DNA from: an uncultured Acidobacteriota bacterium
GTDB taxonomy: Bacteria; Acidobacteriota; Terriglobia; Terriglobales; Acidobacteriaceae
Direction of reading: 5' to 3'
NCBI GenBank assembly: GCA_963830225.1
Contig: CAWHLO010000003.1
Location: 253,812 to 317,811 of the forward strand
Length of the DNA: 64,000 bases
The notes beneath the pieces were generated by a model. That model did not search any database, had not been told where the DNA came from, and saw nothing but the letters and a program-made list of their open reading frames with translations. This document shows positions 58,838 to 64,000 of the stretch, piece after piece. The number at the start of each line of letters is the position of its first letter. Within the stretch, counting starts at the first letter, position 1. The position numbers were made by a program, and so were the translations under genes.

Positions 58838-59650
58838 TCAATCAGAGATCTGCCAGCTTCTGAGCATGCCGCGGCGCAGGAACTCGCGCTTGGCGCGGGC
58901 GGTTACGTCGCTCTGCATGCGCGGCAGCAGCCGGTGGTCGTAAACATAAGCCTTGATGTGAAGCCGCAGGTATGGCCGGCGCTCGAACTGGTCTTCGACG
59001 AGAACAACCACCGGCTTGGCGGAATAGAGATAAGGACAGGTGTAAGCGGCTTCGGAACCGATACGAATGGCCTCATCCGGGTCGGCATCTGGAGGCAGGT
59101 AGAGAAGCGTCTCTACCTGGCAGTGCGGCACACCCGAATTCGAATCAAAGATCTGGCTGCTGAGGATGTCGGCGTTGGGAATGGTAACGCGCGTGTCGCC
59201 GAAGGTGGTGAGTTTGGTGCTCCGCAGGCCAATATGATCGATTTCGCCAAAGGCGCCGCCAATCTGAACCAGATCGCCCAATTGGTAAGGACGGTCGCCT
59301 ACAACGACGAGACCGCCAATAAGATTCTTGACCAGATCCTGCGCGCCCAGGCCGACAGCGAGGGCCACCGAACCAACCACGGCCAGAAATGTTTGCCGCG
59401 TGGGCGCCAGCAAATGAAAGGCGATAAGCATGGCGCCAAACCACAGAATGATGCGCAGGATCGGGTCCGCTGCTTTTGCCAGAAAGCGGATGCGCGGCCC
59501 GCGCCGGCTGAGCACATCGAGCAATCGTGAGGCATAACGGATGAACACCCAGGTAACGGCGAGAATGACGAAGACGGAAAAAATCCGCCCGAAGGTGAAG
59601 TACTGGAAGATGTCGCGTGTTGCAGCCGATTCGCCAAATTGCATGTTCAC
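58838..59650 (-). CDS. Small-conductance mechanosensitive channel (MscS family), short form
   Basis: About three TM segments; ALAVGLGAQDLVKNLIGG, YQLGDLVQIG, G.I..IGLRST, VTIPN. Confidence 0.9.
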   Translation of the reverse strand: MNMQFGESAATRDIFQYFTFGRIFSVFVILAVTWVFIRYASRLLDVLSRRGPRIRFLAKAADPILRIILWFGAMLIAFHLLAPTRQTFLAVVGSVALAVGLGAQDLVKNLIGGLVVVGDRPYQLGDLVQIGGAFGEIDHIGLRSTKLTTFGDTRVTIPNADILSSQIFDSNSGVPHCQVETLLYLPPDADPDEAIRIGSEAAYTCPYLYSAKPVVVLVEDQFERRPYLRLHIKAYVYDHRLLPRMQSDVTARAKREFLRRGMLRSWQISD

Positions 59651-59656
59651 ACCTCC

Positions 59657-62443
59657 CTAGAGAAGATTCTGCCGTTCGAGGGCATCGCGGACAAAGCGTC
59701 CCGCCTGAGGACGAACACGTAGCCCGGGAAACGCCGGTTCCGGCTCCACGATCTCCAGCGCCTCGAGCCGTTCGAGCCGATGGCGCGCATCGTCAAGGCC
59801 GATCGTAAACACTTCAGCCAGTTCCTCAGGCGTAAGGCTGGAATGCTGAAAGATTCCCTGCAGGGTAAACAGATCTTCTCGTGCCAGCTCAGCTTCAAGA
59901 CGCTTGTAGTTGGGATCGAGCGGCTGCAGCATGCGCACCATCGCTCCCTCAATGCGATCTATGCTGCCAAGCCAGAGTTCGAAGGCCGAACGGAAGAGGC
60001 CCTCCGACTGGCGATAGAGCGCGTTGAAAAAAAGATCCTGGGGAGTCTGCTCGAGGCCAACAAATTGCCTCACTTTGTTGAGGCGAGGATCGCCCGGAGC
60101 GACGGGAGCAAAGTGCAGGCGCAGGCCCGAGAGCGTGTGCCGCTGTATGACGGCATCCGTCATGTGCTCCGGGGTTACTGACATAGCGTTGATGTGATGC
60201 GAGAAGTTCCGGCCAAGCCCGACAACTGCGTCAAGATAGCGGAATGAAACGCGATTCATGCTGAGGATCCACAGGATAGAGCCGGATGTGGCGGACATCA
60301 GCCGCAGGAATCCGCGCAACGCCTCGAATCCGTTCATGCAGCGCAGAAAAGTACGTTCAAACTCTTCAAGGATCACCACCTGGCGCTGCCCATCAAGCGC
60401 CCTTGCCAGATCGGCTCCTGCCGGAAGCCGAAACAGATCCCTGAAAAACTCATCCATCTGCTGCGGGCTGCGGATTCGCTCAGAAAACTGCGCGCGCACC
60501 ACGGGAACGCCGGGAAACGCAACAACGGAAGCACAATTCAGAAGACTGGTCTTTCCACTGCCGCGAGCGCCCGCTAAAAGCACCGAGGCACGCTGCCCCG
60601 ATTGCCAGAGCGAGAACGCGCGGCTGAGGCCGGTCATCTCCACTTCCCTGCCCACGAGGAAGCGCTGATCTTCAACCGGCGCCAGGCTGAAAAGGCGCTC
60701 GTAGAGGGCAGGCAGGTTACGCGGCTTGAGCTGGGCTTCAAGAACGACGCTCAGGGGTGTCCGCTCCACAAGTGCTTCAACGTGCTCCTCGACGGGCCGC
60801 TCCCAGCCGAGTTTCCAGGCAATCCAATGAAATGCTTTCCCGGCCAGGCTGTTGAGAGCGCGAGAGGCGGCGCGCAAGGAATCGAGGCCGGCCTGCCACA
60901 GGTTGCGGGCTGCACGCGGGGCGCTCTGCCGCGTGACCAGCGCGAACAAGCCTAGTTGCCCGAATTCAAGGGCCGTATGCGTCTCGAGCAGAGCCAGAGC
61001 CTGAGCGCGGCAGAGTCCTGCTTCCGCGGCGGGTTGCGGATTGCCCTGGATCTCGCGGCGATGCTCGAGGAGCGCCAGGGCATTGGCAGCAGCTTCACGC
61101 GGAATCGCTTCCACCTCGGCGCCGTCCGACCGCGCGACTTCAAGCGCAAAGGCAACCACCTGACGCGCCTGCTCAATGTCGCGAATCACGCCAGTGTGCT
61201 CGGTTTCCACTTCGCGAAAACCCTCACGAGCAGCTTCAAGACCGCTGTGTTTGAACGCGTGGAGCACGACAGCCCGTGGACCCAGTTGCCGCCAGCGGCT
61301 TCTCCAGCGGTCCAATGCGCGAGAGACCCTGACCGCTTCGACATCCACAGGTACTTCCTGCTGCACACGGAAGGAAACCCTCTCGGCCCAGTCTCGGGCA
61401 CGCTGCCCAGCGGGGAGCAGCCTGGCTTTTGGAGGTGGAAATTTCTCTTCGCTACGCTGCCCCGGTCCCGCCTGGAGCCAGGCGATCGCCCAATCCATCT
61501 CCTCCGCGACGTCGTCGTGCTCGGCGCGCACAGATTCCAGCGAATGCCGGGTCGCCTGGATGGTCTCGCGCGCCACAGCGATAAGCTTTCGTTCCAGATC
61601 GACGGTGGCGCGCACAGCGCGGTACTGGCGGTGCCATTCACTGAAATCGCGATCCCATTGCCGTACGATCCTGCCCTGGCGTTTCTCTGAGATCTCCGGC
61701 ACGCGGCGCATGACCGATTGGCCGAGCAAGGCAGGGTAGTTTTCAGCCCAATGGCGATAGGAGTGAATCAGGCGCCCGGCACGAGCAGCAAGCCTGGCTG
61801 CATTTCGCAGCCACCATTTCCGCTCCTCGGCGAGCGCCGCTGCATCACGGCCACCGCTGGTCTCCGCCGCCAGTTGATGGCGGCGGTAGAGTTGCCACGC
61901 AGCCACCAGATGAAGTCCCGCTCGCACCAGCAGGCGCTCGAATGCCTCGTCGATTGGCGCGCGACGCTCGATCTGGGCCCACATATTGGCAAGGATGATC
62001 CTACGCAATCGCAGCGGCTGGGCCGATTTACGGCGCTTCATCCACGCCTTTCGCAACCGGTCACGCGCGTCAGAACCGAGGATCGCGACCAGTTCTGCGC
62101 CGGAAATTGCCGTCATGCGCGGCAACGTGCGTGCCAGGTCGTTCATTTCCAGCCGGTGTTTTTCAATGGCCAGAAGGGTTCGGCCGATCGGCCTGAATTT
62201 CTCAAAGGCGCCAAGCGGATCGCCGAACAGTTGATCCGATGCTTCGCCAAAAAGCCAGTCAAAGAAAGCAACGGCGCCGGGCTCGGCTTCGCCCTGCGTA
62301 ATGGAATCGAGACGGTTGCGCAGTTGCTCGATCAGACTGCGGACGTCTTCCCAGGCCCCGGCCATTTCGCCGGCGAGACGCTCATTGGCGAGTTGAAAGT
62401 TGGCACGGAATTCTTTCCATGCCTCGGCTGGAAGCTCGCGCAT
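59657..62443 (-). CDS. Large hypothetical P-loop ATPase (helical N-terminus, AAA-like domain, C-terminal winged helix)
   Basis: FLVGRE.E; Walker A GARGSGKT; Walker B-like VVILEE; C-terminal LTPEELAEVF...ARHRLERLEALEIVE. Confidence 0.7.
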   Translation of the reverse strand: MRELPAEAWKEFRANFQLANERLAGEMAGAWEDVRSLIEQLRNRLDSITQGEAEPGAVAFFDWLFGEASDQLFGDPLGAFEKFRPIGRTLLAIEKHRLEMNDLARTLPRMTAISGAELVAILGSDARDRLRKAWMKRRKSAQPLRLRRIILANMWAQIERRAPIDEAFERLLVRAGLHLVAAWQLYRRHQLAAETSGGRDAAALAEERKWWLRNAARLAARAGRLIHSYRHWAENYPALLGQSVMRRVPEISEKRQGRIVRQWDRDFSEWHRQYRAVRATVDLERKLIAVARETIQATRHSLESVRAEHDDVAEEMDWAIAWLQAGPGQRSEEKFPPPKARLLPAGQRARDWAERVSFRVQQEVPVDVEAVRVSRALDRWRSRWRQLGPRAVVLHAFKHSGLEAAREGFREVETEHTGVIRDIEQARQVVAFALEVARSDGAEVEAIPREAAANALALLEHRREIQGNPQPAAEAGLCRAQALALLETHTALEFGQLGLFALVTRQSAPRAARNLWQAGLDSLRAASRALNSLAGKAFHWIAWKLGWERPVEEHVEALVERTPLSVVLEAQLKPRNLPALYERLFSLAPVEDQRFLVGREVEMTGLSRAFSLWQSGQRASVLLAGARGSGKTSLLNCASVVAFPGVPVVRAQFSERIRSPQQMDEFFRDLFRLPAGADLARALDGQRQVVILEEFERTFLRCMNGFEALRGFLRLMSATSGSILWILSMNRVSFRYLDAVVGLGRNFSHHINAMSVTPEHMTDAVIQRHTLSGLRLHFAPVAPGDPRLNKVRQFVGLEQTPQDLFFNALYRQSEGLFRSAFELWLGSIDRIEGAMVRMLQPLDPNYKRLEAELAREDLFTLQGIFQHSSLTPEELAEVFTIGLDDARHRLERLEALEIVEPEPAFPGLRVRPQAGRFVRDALERQNLL

Positions 62444-62616
62444 GATTTCCCCTCCGACTCGCCCTAGTATGCGGCCATCGATACATTGTAGTTTCCCATT
62501 TCAGGGAAAATACAAGTTCGTAAAAGCTTGTGCCGGCATGAGCCATGGCAGCAGGCACCAGCTAACGGCAAATCCTGCGATTTCCTTCGCCGCGGCCACC
62601 TGGCTCAAAACGGAAT

Positions 62617-64000
62617 CTAGCTGTCATCCTCCATGCCAGATTCCTGCAAGGACGGCGACTTCTTCAACGGCTTCCGGGCAAAGTAATACAACGAGAACGC
62701 CAGCGCGGCGAAGGCTGCCACCGCAACTCCCTGGTTATCCAGAAACGTATGCGGGAAGCGAAGTATGTTTCCTTTCTCGAAGGTGGTTTCATAGAGCTTC
62801 AACGCGACGCCCAGCAGGCCAATGATGCCGCCGGCCGCGATCAGTCCGCTGGCGTAAAGACTGCCGGGAGAAATTTCGCTTTCCCCGGTGTCGCCGGCTT
62901 TTTCCGCGGCCCTGTCAATAAACCAGCGCACCATGCCCCCAACAAAAATTGCCAGCGTGGTACCTAAAGGCAAATACGCTCCCACGGCGAAGGCCAGCGA
63001 CCGGATGCCAAGCAGCTCAACCGCTATAACAAGGAAGACACCCAGCATCACCAGTCCCCAGGGAAGATTACGCCCGAGGATGCCGCTGATGACTGTCGCC
63101 ATTAGGCGCGCCTGCGGGGCCGGCGCGCTCGCGCTGCCGATACCGGGAATCCAATGTACTTCAATGCGGTGTGTGGCCGGCGAGTAGAGATACTTGCCAT
63201 TGGCCAGCACCGGCGATCCGATGGCGTTAAGGACGATGTACTCCGACTTATGGTGAACTGTCGTTGTATGGTCCGGCCCTTCCACCGTGAACTGCTCAGG
63301 CAGCCCCTGAACGTTGCGCTGAATATTCACGCCGGGATGGGGAGCGTTGATATTCCAGGCCATCGGCGCGGCCTGGAAGGCTGCCAGACCGCTATTCATA
63401 AGATTCAGCGTGAAACCGATGGCGACGGTGGAGACTATGACCCCCACAAAGAGAGCAAGCTGCTGCAGTCGCGGTGTAGATCCAACCAGGAAGCCGGTCT
63501 TCAGATCCTGTGACGTGTCACCCGCGTTTGCGGCGGCAATGCAGACCACACCGCCGATGGTGATGGCGAGCGCCCCATAGGCGGGAGCTGTCCAGCCGCG
63601 CACAAGGAAAATGGCTGCGGTAGCCATCAGCGTAGCGATCGTCATGCCGGAAATAGGGTTGGCCGAACTGCCTATGAGGCCGACGATACGCGAGCTGACT
63701 GTAACGAAGAGAAACCCAAAGACGACGATCAGAAGAGCGGCAGCAAGATTCGCGCCCCAGCCGACGAAGGTTCCAGGAACCGGCTTGAACTGGAGAAAGA
63801 AGAATATGCAAAAGATGAGCAGCACGGATCCACCCACAACTGTCGCCATGGATAAGTCGTTCTCCGTGCGGCGCGGTGTGGAGCGTTTCACCGAGCCGGG
63901 GCGCAGATTCTTAAAGCCCGCGCCCAGCGCGTTGAAGATCGTAGGGAGCGTTTTGATCAGAGTGATAAGTCCCGCGGCGGCCACGGCGCCGGCCCCCAAA
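62617..64000 (-). CDS. OPT-family oligopeptide transporter, 5'-partial
   Basis: IGSSANPISGMTIATL, AANAGDTSQDLKTG, APAPQARLM, YLPL, ASGLIAAGG. Confidence 0.92.
   Translation of the reverse strand, partial: LGAGAVAAAGLITLIKTLPTIFNALGAGFKNLRPGSVKRSTPRRTENDLSMATVVGGSVLLIFCIFFFLQFKPVPGTFVGWGANLAAALLIVVFGFLFVTVSSRIVGLIGSSANPISGMTIATLMATAAIFLVRGWTAPAYGALAITIGGVVCIAAANAGDTSQDLKTGFLVGSTPRLQQLALFVGVIVSTVAIGFTLNLMNSGLAAFQAAPMAWNINAPHPGVNIQRNVQGLPEQFTVEGPDHTTTVHHKSEYIVLNAIGSPVLANGKYLYSPATHRIEVHWIPGIGSASAPAPQARLMATVISGILGRNLPWGLVMLGVFLVIAVELLGIRSLAFAVGAYLPLGTTLAIFVGGMVRWFIDRAAEKAGDTGESEISPGSLYASGLIAAGGIIGLLGVALKLYETTFEKGNILRFPHTFLDNQGVAVAAFAALAFSLYYFARKPLKKSPSLQESGMEDDS

Noticed and set aside
59657-62443. 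ATPase as a known anti-phage system (e.g. Avs, Septu, Gabija)
   Set aside because: No nuclease, TIR, SIR2 or TPR sensor partner recognisable; kept only as an open hypothesis

Overview
Bacterial genomic DNA whose gene content strongly suggests Acidobacteriota/Terriglobia. This is an inference from the Oar-type TonB-dependent receptors, CRTAC1/TPR genes, UpxY-like NusG paralogues and a GWxTD remnant. From left to right: (1) 1-14.5 kb, a polysaccharide-utilisation-like locus with a GH63/trehalase-like glycosidase missed by the ORF track, a TonB-dependent receptor and GH31, divergent from two paralogous membrane-anchored putative regulators flanking a CRTAC1 and a TPR gene. (2) 14.8-26.9 kb, a PAS/sigma54 activator followed by a tightly coupled glycan-synthesis/export operon: epimerase-GT fusion, two GT4s, ABC exporter, Ugd, putative beta-barrel and histidine phosphatase. 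(3) 27-39 kb, a decayed mobile-element-rich tract: GWxTD remnant, an IS630 nested in a DDE/rve IS with a 5-bp TSD, an IS66 relic and a 274-bp MITE, interleaved with two UpxY-like genes and an O-antigen-ligase-like gene. (4) An orphan tadG-tadE-tadE cassette, GH78 and LysR/tyrosine phenol-lyase. (5) A degenerate tRNA-Asp 3' half at 47.5 kb that looks like an att relic. (6) A second receptor-TPR-GH3 locus. (7) On the minus strand, OPT transporter (partial), large AAA-wHTH protein, short MscS and GH57. No CRISPR array, rRNA or intact tRNA was seen. All family assignments come from motif recognition by eye; no searches were run.
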